From: Candidatus Gastranaerophilales bacterium
GTDB lineage: Bacteria > Cyanobacteriota > Vampirovibrionia > Gastranaerophilales > Gastranaerophilaceae
DNA length: 64,000 nt
Assembly (NCBI GenBank): GCA_944323615.1
Contig: CALUTG010000005.1
Span: forward strand, 8,264 to 72,263
Direction of reading: 5' to 3'
Shown piece by piece: positions 55,217 to 62,896 of the stretch (position 1 is the stretch's first letter; the number at the start of each line of letters is the position of its first letter). Under the pieces are notes generated by a model, which saw nothing but the letters and a program-made list of their open reading frames with translations, searched no databases and had not been told where the DNA came from. Position numbers and translations under genes: made by a program.

Positions 55217-56002
55217 ATGATTAACAACTATAACATTTTGTTGAATATGGTAAATGACTATAAGTCCTTAAAAGAGATAGAGGCAATAGGTCTTGGCGGT
55301 TCTTCAACCGCTAATACTGCTGATAATAAATCTGATTATGATATTTATATTTACGGAAAATCAGAGCCTCCTGTTGAAGCGAGGCGGCAAATTGCAGAAA
55401 AGTACGCGGATAAATTAGAAATAGATAACCATAATTTTGAAACCGGCGATGTCTTTTGCTTGAGGGATTCAGGAAAACCAATTGATATAATGTACAGGCA
55501 TCCGGATTTTATTGAAAATAATATTAAATGGGTCTGGGAAGAGCATAATGCTTCTTTAGGCTACACAACCTGCTTTATAGATAATATTAAAAAAACGGAA
55601 ATTTTTTATGATAAAAACGGATGGCTTAAAAAGATGCAGGAAAGGGTTGATACTCCTTATCCTGAAAAACTTGCAGAGAATATAATTAAGAAAAATTTCA
55701 ATTATCTAAAAGATGCAATGTTTTCTTTCTATGACCAGCTTGTCTCTGCCGTGGAAAGAGATGATTTTGTCAGTGTAAATCACAGATGTGCGGCTTTTCT
55801 TGCAAGTTATTTTGACGCTGTTTTTGCTAAAAATCGTATCCTTAATCCGGGAGAGAAAAAGCTTGTGCCGTTTGCGTTAAAAAATTGTAAGATTCTTCCT
55901 GAAGGTTTTGAATCGGATGTAAAAACTCTGTCTGTAGGAGAAGTTCCTAAACGTGTTCCGGCTGCTGCAAGAATGGTGGAAAATCTTAGAAAAATACTTT
56001 AA
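55217..56002 (+). CDS. nucleotidyltransferase-domain protein
   Basis: 261 aa. GLGGSS...SDYDIYIY matches the G-S...D-x-D pattern of the NTase fold. Confidence 0.6.
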   Translation: MINNYNILLNMVNDYKSLKEIEAIGLGGSSTANTADNKSDYDIYIYGKSEPPVEARRQIAEKYADKLEIDNHNFETGDVFCLRDSGKPIDIMYRHPDFIENNIKWVWEEHNASLGYTTCFIDNIKKTEIFYDKNGWLKKMQERVDTPYPEKLAENIIKKNFNYLKDAMFSFYDQLVSAVERDDFVSVNHRCAAFLASYFDAVFAKNRILNPGEKKLVPFALKNCKILPEGFESDVKTLSVGEVPKRVPAAARMVENLRKIL

Positions 56003-56070
56003 AGGGGTAAATGGGGTAAATTAGGCAATTGTAAAATGCTTCCCTTTATTTACCCCGGGCATTATTTCTT

Positions 56071-56316
56071 TTGTAAAGATTCATTTACCCCTATTTTTGT
56101 CGCTCATTTTGGGAGTTTATTTCCAATTGTAAAGATTCATTTACCCCTATTTTTGTTGCTCATTTTGGGAGTTTATTTCCAATTGTAAAGATTCATTTAC
56201 CCCTATTTTTGTTGCTCATTTTGGGAGTTTATTTCTAGTTGTAAAGATTCATTTACCCCAAATTTCAGAATACATTTGGAGATATTATTTCCAAATGTAA
56301 AGATTCATTTACCCCC
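56071..56316. repeat. tandem array: three near-identical 56-bp units, one diverged unit and one partial unit
   Basis: Units lie at 56071-56126, 56127-56182, 56183-56238, 56239-56295 and 56296-56316. Each starts (T)TGTAAAGATTCATTTACCCC. A degenerate copy at 56027-56056 and two plus-strand GGGGTAAAT at 56004-56021 precede the array. Confidence 0.95.
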
Positions 56317-56385
56317 GGCAAAAAAATCTTTTCTTTTGTTTTGAATAGTGTATAATAAAACAAAGGAAAACTGAGAATAGTTTTT

Positions 56386-57249
56386 ATGCTTCAAAATATA
56401 GTTAACAATTCAAATATATCAACTAAATCACAATACATAACAAAACCATCATCAAGATGTGATGAAATTGAGCTTTATTTAAACAGAATATTTGAAAAAG
56501 AACTTCACACTCCGGATTCGGTTTTGTTAGATTACAATCCTTTTGTCATTAAAAAGATTGCGGCATATATTTCTGGCAAAATTCAAATGCCGGCATCAAT
56601 AGGTATAGCGGGAGAAACGGCGAGCGGGAAGTCTACGATTACAATGGATTTAATTGATACAATAGAATCTTTTGCGGCGGAGTTTGGGATAGAAGATGTT
56701 ATCACCCGTGTAAATACGGATGATTATTACTATGATCGTTCTGATATGGTAAAAGCTGCAGGGAGCTTTTCAGAGTTTGCCAAAAATTATGATTTAGACA
56801 GTCCGGAAGCTCTTGAATTGGAACTTATGAGCCGGCATATTAAGGAACTTCTTGCCGGAAAGCCTACTTACCTTCCTAAATATGATATGAGCGGAACTGC
56901 AATAAGGTATGATAATCACACTCTTGCAAAACCTTCAAAAGTTATTATATCGGAGGAACTTTTTACTCTTACCCCAAAGGTAAAAGATGCATTTAATTTT
57001 AAGATTTATGTAGATATTCCGGAAGATATTAAACGAAAAAGATTCTTTGTACGAGCAGCTGAACGCGATTTGGGAGATTCTGCGGAATTTATTTATGAAA
57101 ATGCGAATAAAAAAGCAGAAGTCCATATAAGACCTTGTAAAGCACATGCGGATATTGTTTTATCAGGGTACGCAGATAGAATTAAGTATAAAAATTTCTT
57201 AAATAAAATCATAGGGATTATACAGGAAATATATTTTTCTGAAATCTAG
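56386..57249 (+). CDS. uridine kinase / phosphoribulokinase-family P-loop kinase with an N-terminal extension
   Basis: 287 aa. Walker A GIAGETASGKST, DDYY, and later IYVDIPEDIKRKR. Confidence 0.7.
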   Translation: MLQNIVNNSNISTKSQYITKPSSRCDEIELYLNRIFEKELHTPDSVLLDYNPFVIKKIAAYISGKIQMPASIGIAGETASGKSTITMDLIDTIESFAAEFGIEDVITRVNTDDYYYDRSDMVKAAGSFSEFAKNYDLDSPEALELELMSRHIKELLAGKPTYLPKYDMSGTAIRYDNHTLAKPSKVIISEELFTLTPKVKDAFNFKIYVDIPEDIKRKRFFVRAAERDLGDSAEFIYENANKKAEVHIRPCKAHADIVLSGYADRIKYKNFLNKIIGIIQEIYFSEI

Positions 57250-57262
57250 AAGATACAATAGA

Positions 57263-57949
57263 TTATTTGTTTTTGTATTTTTCCCATAAATCCGGACGTC
57301 TTTTCTTAGTGCGTTCGATTTTTTGTTCCAGTCTGAATTCTTCAATTAATTTGTGATTTCCGTTTAAAAGAACTTCCGGAACTTTTAAGCCTCGATATTC
57401 TCTCGGTTTTGTGTACTGAGGATATTCTAATAATCCGTCTGAAAAGCTGTCATCATGAGCAGATTCAATTTTCCCCAGGGTTCCTTCAATTTTTCTGGAT
57501 ACACTGTCTATAATACAAAGAGCAGGAAGTTCTCCCCCTGTAAGTACAAAATCTCCTATAGAAATTTCTCTTGGCTTAATAATTTCACGGATTCTTTCAT
57601 CAAAACCTTCATAATGCCCGCATAGAATGATTATCTGCTCATACTTTGAAAGTTCGTTTGAAACTTTATCAGTAAATGGTTCTCCCTGTGGAGTCATCAT
57701 AAGAGTAATTGTGTTATTGAGTTTTTCCATATCTTCGTATGCTTCTACATAGGGCTGCGGAGCTAAAACCATGCCTGCGCCGCCTCCGTAGGGAGTATCA
57801 TCAACTTTTTTATGTTTGTCATGCGAGTAGTCTCTTGGGTTAATTGTATTAACTTCAATAATCCCGCCTTCTGATGCTCGTTTCATTATACTAAAGTCCA
57901 TATGGGACTGTATAAGCTCTGGAAATAGGGTTAATACATCAAATCTCAT
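57263..57949 (-). CDS. trmD: tRNA (guanine37-N1)-methyltransferase
   Basis: 228 aa. MRFDVLTLFPE start, and GHYEGFDERI. Confidence 0.95.
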   Translation of the reverse strand: MRFDVLTLFPELIQSHMDFSIMKRASEGGIIEVNTINPRDYSHDKHKKVDDTPYGGGAGMVLAPQPYVEAYEDMEKLNNTITLMMTPQGEPFTDKVSNELSKYEQIIILCGHYEGFDERIREIIKPREISIGDFVLTGGELPALCIIDSVSRKIEGTLGKIESAHDDSFSDGLLEYPQYTKPREYRGLKVPEVLLNGNHKLIEEFRLEQKIERTKKRRPDLWEKYKNK

Positions 57950-58458
57950 TGGAGCAGCCCCTCAAGGTTGTTAATCTGGATTTTACGGTTTTTTATATCA
58001 ACCGAAAGAACGATTGCTTTCACAAAAGGAACAAGACAAATATTTTTTGAGAGCGTTTTAACTGACAAAAGGTCGCTCGCTCCATTGTTAGAAACTCCTA
58101 CGACGGCTCCGACTATCTTATCACCGTCATAAACATCAAGTCCGACAAGTTCATCAATCAAGAACTCATCTTCTTCCAAAAATTCTCTTGCAGAATCTTG
58201 CGGTACAAAAAGAAGTTTACCTTTGTATTCCAGGATATCATTTAAACTGTTAATATCTTTAAACTTTATAATTGCACATTTTGGAGTAAACCGAATATTC
58301 TCTATCAAAAGAGTTTTATATCCATCTTGAGTTTGCACAAAAACTTCTTTGAGTTTAGACAAAAACTCTTCCCTGTTTTTTGAATACCCAAGTTTAGCCT
58401 CACCGCGAACGCCATGGAAGTTAAGAATTTTTCCTACAGAAATAAAGTTATTCTTCAT
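57946..58458 (-). CDS. rimM: 16S rRNA processing protein RimM
   Basis: ORF 57946-58665, with the start moved to ATG 58458 (ISVGKILNFHGVRGEAKL). It overlaps trmD by 4 nt. Confidence 0.88.
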   Translation of the reverse strand: MKNNFISVGKILNFHGVRGEAKLGYSKNREEFLSKLKEVFVQTQDGYKTLLIENIRFTPKCAIIKFKDINSLNDILEYKGKLLFVPQDSAREFLEEDEFLIDELVGLDVYDGDKIVGAVVGVSNNGASDLLSVKTLSKNICLVPFVKAIVLSVDIKNRKIQINNLEGLLQ

Positions 58459-58699
58459 CTTCTTTCTTCTTAGGTTTTCTTCCGCGTTTAGGCTTTTCTT
58501 CTTCCGTAGTTTCTTCAGCCGCAGCAGGAACCGGGATCTCTTCTGTCGGTTCTGTTTTAGCCTCCGGAGCTTTCTCCTGTTTTTCGTGTTTAGCAACCAT
58601 ATAATCGGCAGGTTTGTCAGCTCGGTCTTCATTCCATCTTTCAAGTCCGAGCTGTGCACGAACAAGCTTAATACCTACGTGGACCCGCCATTCATCCAT
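58448..58699 (-). CDS. 83-aa ORF that continues the upstream zinc-ribbon protein in the same frame after TGA-AAA
   Basis: MDEWRVHVGIKLVRAQLGLERW... then an acidic/Lys-rich tail ending KPKRGRKPKKKEDEE. No Shine-Dalgarno. See the finding for this locus. Confidence 0.45.
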   Translation of the reverse strand: MDEWRVHVGIKLVRAQLGLERWNEDRADKPADYMVAKHEKQEKAPEAKTEPTEEIPVPAAAEETTEEEKPKRGRKPKKKEDEE

Positions 58700-58702
58700 T
58701 TT

Positions 58703-59401
58703 TCACTGTGTTGCAATAATTTTGTGGCAGCCAATCGGCGGCAGCGGAAGTAATGGTTCGTATAAACTCTTGATTGCCATTAGCTGATCCGGTGAAATAG
58801 CCAGCTTGCGTTTAGGGAACGGAAGTTTAGGGAGCATCATCTTCTGACGTACCAGATTAATTCCGAAGAACACTTTTTGAGGTTCAATCCCTAATTTTGC
58901 TCCGATTACTTCATGCGCATCCGGATTAGGAAGCGGAAGCATGGCTTTGTACAATACTTCTATTTGTTCTAATTGTTCTTTGCTTATTAATAATGGTTTT
59001 GCAGCTTTTTGAGGTCTAGGACGTTTGTTTTGATTGCGTTTTTGCTGGAAACCGCCTTTAGAACCTCCGCTAGCGTAATTATTTCTGAAACCTCTGTTTC
59101 CGTCCTGTCTTCTCTGGAAATTATTATTGCGGTTGTTATCTCTTCTTTGATATCCTCCGCCTTGCTGTCCGCCTCTGTTATCACGCGAGTAGTTACTTTT
59201 GTAACCGCCTTGCTGAGGTCTGTCATAACTTCTAGGCTTAGGGTCGGCAGAATATGAGCTATAAGAACTATAACTCTGAAGGGGTTTCTCCTCTGGAGAT
59301 TCGTTTCCTTTGTCTGCATAAAGACAATTCGGACAGATTACTCGTTTGGGGTTCTTTGTTTCAAACTCAGCACCACACTTAATGCACTTGTTTACATACA
59401 T
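58703..59401 (-). CDS. zinc-ribbon protein with a long RGG/QGG/N-rich low-complexity region and an internal repeat
   Basis: 232 aa. CIKCGAEF...ICPNC zinc ribbon, a region of about 90 aa rich in G/R/Q/N, then repeat 1 and the first half of repeat 2. First gene of the rimM-trmD operon. Confidence 0.7.
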   Translation of the reverse strand: MYVNKCIKCGAEFETKNPKRVICPNCLYADKGNESPEEKPLQSYSSYSSYSADPKPRSYDRPQQGGYKSNYSRDNRGGQQGGGYQRRDNNRNNNFQRRQDGNRGFRNNYASGGSKGGFQQKRNQNKRPRPQKAAKPLLISKEQLEQIEVLYKAMLPLPNPDAHEVIGAKLGIEPQKVFFGINLVRQKMMLPKLPFPKRKLAISPDQLMAIKSLYEPLLPLPPIGCHKIIATQ

Positions 59402-59517
59402 AATAAAAGCCTCTTAACCACAATAAAAAATTTCACTAAGTCTTAAATATCCTATCAAATAAAGTAATAATATGAGATTTAATCAAAATTAACGGTTAAA
59501 TATAACCGAACATGTAT

Positions 59518-59545
59518 ATTATAATACAATTTTGAAATTTATCAA
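59518..59545 (-). promoter_or_regulatory. sigma-70 promoter candidate (TTGATA-16-TATAAT) for the zinc-ribbon-rimM-trmD operon
   Basis: On the minus strand, TTGATA is the complement of 59540-59545 and TATAAT is the complement of 59518-59523. Confidence 0.5.
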
Positions 59546-59610
59546 GGGGGTGAATATAACTTATCTGGATATAATGCCCTTTAGTTTATATAAAAATAAT
59601 ATGGAATTTA

Positions 59611-60876
59611 CTAACTTTTGTCTTTCAAATATCTATTATAGGCTGCCTGAGCTATGGAATTGGCTGAACTCTGTGACATATCTCCAATACAAACCTCACA
59701 TAACCTCATGAGACCCGAACCGCCACTTGTAAATTCTCCGAGAACAGTATAGCCAAAATCTATCAAAGTCCCGCTGGCATCATACACAGAATGAAGCTTA
59801 TCAACCTGTCCATTTTTGTTTAGCACATTTTGAGTTAATCTGTATCCTAGATATTCTCCGGTTTGCTCATTGTAGACTTTTTGTATATACTGAGTTCCAA
59901 GATCATCTGTAGGAGCTGCATCTCCCATAGCCTCTACAATAATATTCAGCTTTAAATCCTGAAGAGCTGATGTATATTCAAAATCCAGATACTTTCCTTT
60001 ATAATAGGCATAATCTTTTTGGCAAATGGAAATATCTCGGGCATCCAAACAACTTGAATACCCTGATAAGCTGGCGCTTTTATTTTCTCCTCCACTACCT
60101 ACTCCTCCGGTGTTTTCACTCACTTCTCCGGTGCTTTCATCCTCTTCTGGAGGGGTTGGTTCGGCTTCTTCTTTTTTTTCTATTGGTTTCACTTCAAAAT
60201 TCTTTAAATCATTTGGAAGGGATGAATCTATATTAGCATCAGCAATTTGAATATCTTCTTTTCTCCAGTTCTTTTGTTTTTCCAAATACCATTTTCCTAC
60301 TGGATCCGCGGCTACTACCAATCCCTCTACATTTACCATAACTTTGAACCTGTCAGGTTTTTTACAATTATCTGAATACAAACAATTATTGCCATTTTTT
60401 CCGTTTACATCAAAATATATATCTGTCTGGTATGATGAATCAGCAATATCACTTGTTACAAAGTATTGTGTTCCATTTGGTATAACAAAAGAAGGTTTAA
60501 ATTTTGAATCCGAATAACTTGAGTATGAAGACAAACAATTTATTTCTCCTACAGCATTCATGCTTTTTGCCAGTAGTTCGCATAATTTGGCGGAGTTTCC
60601 TCCGACAGTTTCATTTTTTGTTAAATTTATCTTTGCGATGTTATATAAAGGTATTGTTCTATAATCAATATTTTCACCTTTATTACGAGGCGGATAAATT
60701 GTTTCATTGGATGATATTTCTCTTAATGCTGTTAGGATAGCATTGTAATTACTTATATACATTGCCTTAATAGGATCAGGTTTATATTTATTAACTAAAG
60801 GTAAAACAATGGCAGCTAAAACCCCGATTACTCCCAAACAGACTAAAACTTCTGCTAATGTATAGGCTTTTTTCAT
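59611..60876 (-). CDS. type IV pilin / pseudopilin-like protein with a large C-terminal domain
   Basis: ORF 59611-60963, with the start moved to ATG 60876 (AAGGAG Shine-Dalgarno). MKKAYTLAEVLVCLGVIGVLAAIVLP is a class III signal-like N-terminus with Glu at +5. About 390 aa follow, including an acidic E/P/T/G linker. Confidence 0.75.
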   Translation of the reverse strand: MKKAYTLAEVLVCLGVIGVLAAIVLPLVNKYKPDPIKAMYISNYNAILTALREISSNETIYPPRNKGENIDYRTIPLYNIAKINLTKNETVGGNSAKLCELLAKSMNAVGEINCLSSYSSYSDSKFKPSFVIPNGTQYFVTSDIADSSYQTDIYFDVNGKNGNNCLYSDNCKKPDRFKVMVNVEGLVVAADPVGKWYLEKQKNWRKEDIQIADANIDSSLPNDLKNFEVKPIEKKEEAEPTPPEEDESTGEVSENTGGVGSGGENKSASLSGYSSCLDARDISICQKDYAYYKGKYLDFEYTSALQDLKLNIIVEAMGDAAPTDDLGTQYIQKVYNEQTGEYLGYRLTQNVLNKNGQVDKLHSVYDASGTLIDFGYTVLGEFTSGGSGLMRLCEVCIGDMSQSSANSIAQAAYNRYLKDKS

Positions 60877-60904
60877 ACTTGAAGCTCCTTTTTTTACTAA
60901 TAAA

Positions 60905-60936
60905 CCCACCCCTGCAACATAATTACTATTATGTTG
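60905..60936 (-). repeat. AT hairpin plus CAGGGGTGGG tail, copy proximal to the pilin-like gene
   Basis: The minus strand reads CAACATAATAGTAATTATGTTG + CAGGGGTGGG. Confidence 0.8.
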
Positions 60937-61116
60937 TACTTTGCCAAGTATATCATACAACAACTGCTTTGTACAGTTCTAAACAATTTGTTCGGCAGGT
61001 CGGGTATATTTATCCCTCAAACACGCTCCCAGCTTTACCCCCTTCGCCTCCCGCTATCGTTTCGTGATAAATACACCCTCCGCCTCACCATAAGCTGAAA
61101 GTGTTATTTCTAATAC

Positions 61117-61155
61117 ATTTACCCCACCCCTGCAACATAATAGTAATTGTGTTGC
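61117..61155 (-). repeat. AT hairpin plus CAGGGGTGGGGTAAAT tail, distal copy
   Basis: The minus strand reads GCAACACAATTACTATTATGTTGC + AGGGGTGGGGTAAAT. Confidence 0.8.
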
Positions 61156-61177
61156 AAGATTTGGTTGAGTGTAAGGT

Positions 61178-61771
61178 TTAAATAAGTTTCTCAAACTCTT
61201 TCAAAACAGTAATCCCGTCATTTAGTCCGGGTGTATTTATTGCCCGCTCAGGGTGCGGCATTAATCCTATTACTTTATTTTTTCTGTCTATTATTCCTGC
61301 TATTTTGTCATCAGAGCCGTTTATATCTTCGCAGTATTTCATAAATATTTCTGTCTCCTGCGTTTTCATATAATTCCCCTGATGATGTGCTATTGGAAGT
61401 TTTATAATTTTACCTTCAAATTCTAAATCGACATTTTTTGAGATAAACTTCATAGAGCTGTTATGAGTCAGCACCCCGGGTAGAATGCCGGCTTCACAGA
61501 GGATTTGGAATCCGTTGCAAATTCCCGTAATAAGAGTTTTACCTACCGGAAGGCTCTTGACCGCAGTTGTTGTTTTAGCGAGTCTTCCTGATGAAACGTA
61601 GTCCCCGTAAGAAAAACCTCCTGGCAGGAAAATTATATCGTAGCCGTTTTTAATTTTTTCATCCTGAAAAATATACTCACTCTCCCATCCCATAAAATCA
61701 CAGGCAAGTTTTGTGTCCTTTTCGCAATTTGTACCTAAAAAAACAACAATTCCGGCTTTTATTTTTCCCAT
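61178..61771 (-). CDS. purQ: phosphoribosylformylglycinamidine synthase subunit PurQ (glutaminase)
   Basis: 197 aa. GTNCEKD, catalytic GICNGFQ, HPER. Confidence 0.9.
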   Translation of the reverse strand: MGKIKAGIVVFLGTNCEKDTKLACDFMGWESEYIFQDEKIKNGYDIIFLPGGFSYGDYVSSGRLAKTTTAVKSLPVGKTLITGICNGFQILCEAGILPGVLTHNSSMKFISKNVDLEFEGKIIKLPIAHHQGNYMKTQETEIFMKYCEDINGSDDKIAGIIDRKNKVIGLMPHPERAINTPGLNDGITVLKEFEKLI

Positions 61772-62010
61772 ATTACTTCACTTACTTCCGTTATAGGGTT
61801 GCATAGCAATTCTTCAATAATTTTGTTTACCTTTTTTTGGGCTTCTTCTTTTGTTTCAGCTAAGAGAGAAAAGTCGTAAACGGTTCCGGTTCTAAATTTG
61901 AAACTTTCATTAAAAGAACTTTTTACCGCTTCTTCAAGAGTAAGCCCGCGTACATCTTTAATACTGTCTTTAAGTTTAACAATAATCTGTCCTTTAAACT
62001 CTCCGCCCAT
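61759..62010 (-). CDS. purS: phosphoribosylformylglycinamidine synthase subunit PurS
   Basis: ORF 61759-62082, with the start moved to ATG 62010. 83 aa; KDSIKDVRG...NPITE pattern. It overlaps purQ by 13 nt. Confidence 0.8.
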   Translation of the reverse strand: MGGEFKGQIIVKLKDSIKDVRGLTLEEAVKSSFNESFKFRTGTVYDFSLLAETKEEAQKKVNKIIEELLCNPITEVSEVIWEK

Positions 62011-62023
62011 AATACGAGTTTCC

Positions 62024-62896
62024 TTATTTATTCCCGCCGTAGCGTTTTGCAATAATTTCTTCTTTTCGTTCAAGTTTTGCATAAAGCTGTGAGTTTATTT
62101 CTCCGCCAATAAGTATCAAAATAGAGGTGTAATAAAGCCATACCATCATTACGGCAAACCCTGCAATTGTACCGTATACAAAGTTATAAGTATGAAGGTT
62201 GTTAATATAGACCGAAAACAGCCAAGAACCAAGCAGCCAGGAAATACAAAAGAAAATAGAGCCCGGCAGAGCACTGTGCCTGCGGAGTTTTTCGTTTCCG
62301 CTAAAGTCTGGCAGTATATAATAGCTAAGATATGCCATAATAAATAGGGTCAAAAATGCAACCGGCCAGCGGACAAATAACATTATGTTTGCAAAATGCT
62401 GGGTCATGCCAAGATATGTAACCAAAAATTTTATTATAACTTTACCGAAAACGATTAAGTTAACGCTTAAAAACAGTACAAGTATGTTTACAAAAACCAT
62501 AATTAAGGCGAGGAGTCTTGAGCAGAGAAAACTCCTTGTTTCTTTAACTTTATATGCCCTGTTTAATCCTTTGGCAACAATTGCAACGGTATTTGTAGAA
62601 AGAAAAAGGGTTATGCAGAAACCTAAAACAGCAATCAGTCCGCCTTTTTTAAAGAAAAACACTTCGTTTAAAACGGTATTTACTACATTTACAACGTCAT
62701 GAGGCATTATACTCTGCATAAAAACGAATATAGGCTGCATGAAGTTTTGTTTTCCTATATATCCAAAAATAGCGGTAAGAAATAATAAAAACGGGCAGAT
62801 ACCTATACAGAGCATATATCCCATTTCGGATGCCATTCCGAAATAGTCATGTTCTATAACTGATTCTACTATATTTCTTAGTGTTTTAAATTTCAC
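62024..62896 (-). CDS. YihY/BrkB family membrane protein
   Basis: 290 aa with six hydrophobic spans. The N-terminal ...MASEMGYMLCIGICPFLLFL pattern is typical of YihY. Confidence 0.75.
   Translation of the reverse strand: MKFKTLRNIVESVIEHDYFGMASEMGYMLCIGICPFLLFLTAIFGYIGKQNFMQPIFVFMQSIMPHDVVNVVNTVLNEVFFFKKGGLIAVLGFCITLFLSTNTVAIVAKGLNRAYKVKETRSFLCSRLLALIMVFVNILVLFLSVNLIVFGKVIIKFLVTYLGMTQHFANIMLFVRWPVAFLTLFIMAYLSYYILPDFSGNEKLRRHSALPGSIFFCISWLLGSWLFSVYINNLHTYNFVYGTIAGFAVMMVWLYYTSILILIGGEINSQLYAKLERKEEIIAKRYGGNK

Noticed and set aside
56027-56316. Possible CRISPR array: 21-nt repeats spaced by about 35 nt.
   Set aside because: The repeat is shorter than typical CRISPR repeats. Three of the four spacers are identical, so this is simple tandem duplication of a 56-bp unit. 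There are no cas genes in the window and no leader-like asymmetry.
58703-58705. UGA reassigned as a sense codon (code 4 or 25), or selenocysteine, to explain the in-frame TGA.
   Set aside because: TGA ends dapF (2701-2703) and the sigma factor gene (31533-31535) at positions consistent with normal protein lengths, so UGA is a stop in this genome. I see no obvious SECIS-like hairpin immediately downstream, and a Cys or Sec would not match the aligned Leu.
58349-58753. 134-aa plus-strand ORF, and the long N-terminal extension of the rimM ORF (58459-58665).
   Set aside because: Both lie antisense to, or out of frame with, the Lys/Glu-rich tail-coding region, which is naturally free of stops. 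RimM homology begins at the ATG at 58458.
60877-61177. c-di-GMP (GEMM) riboswitch in the pilin-gene leader.
   Set aside because: The conserved GEMM-I elements (GGCAAA... ACGCAAAGC... with GNRA tetraloop and receptor) are not present. The G-richness is better explained by the repeat family.
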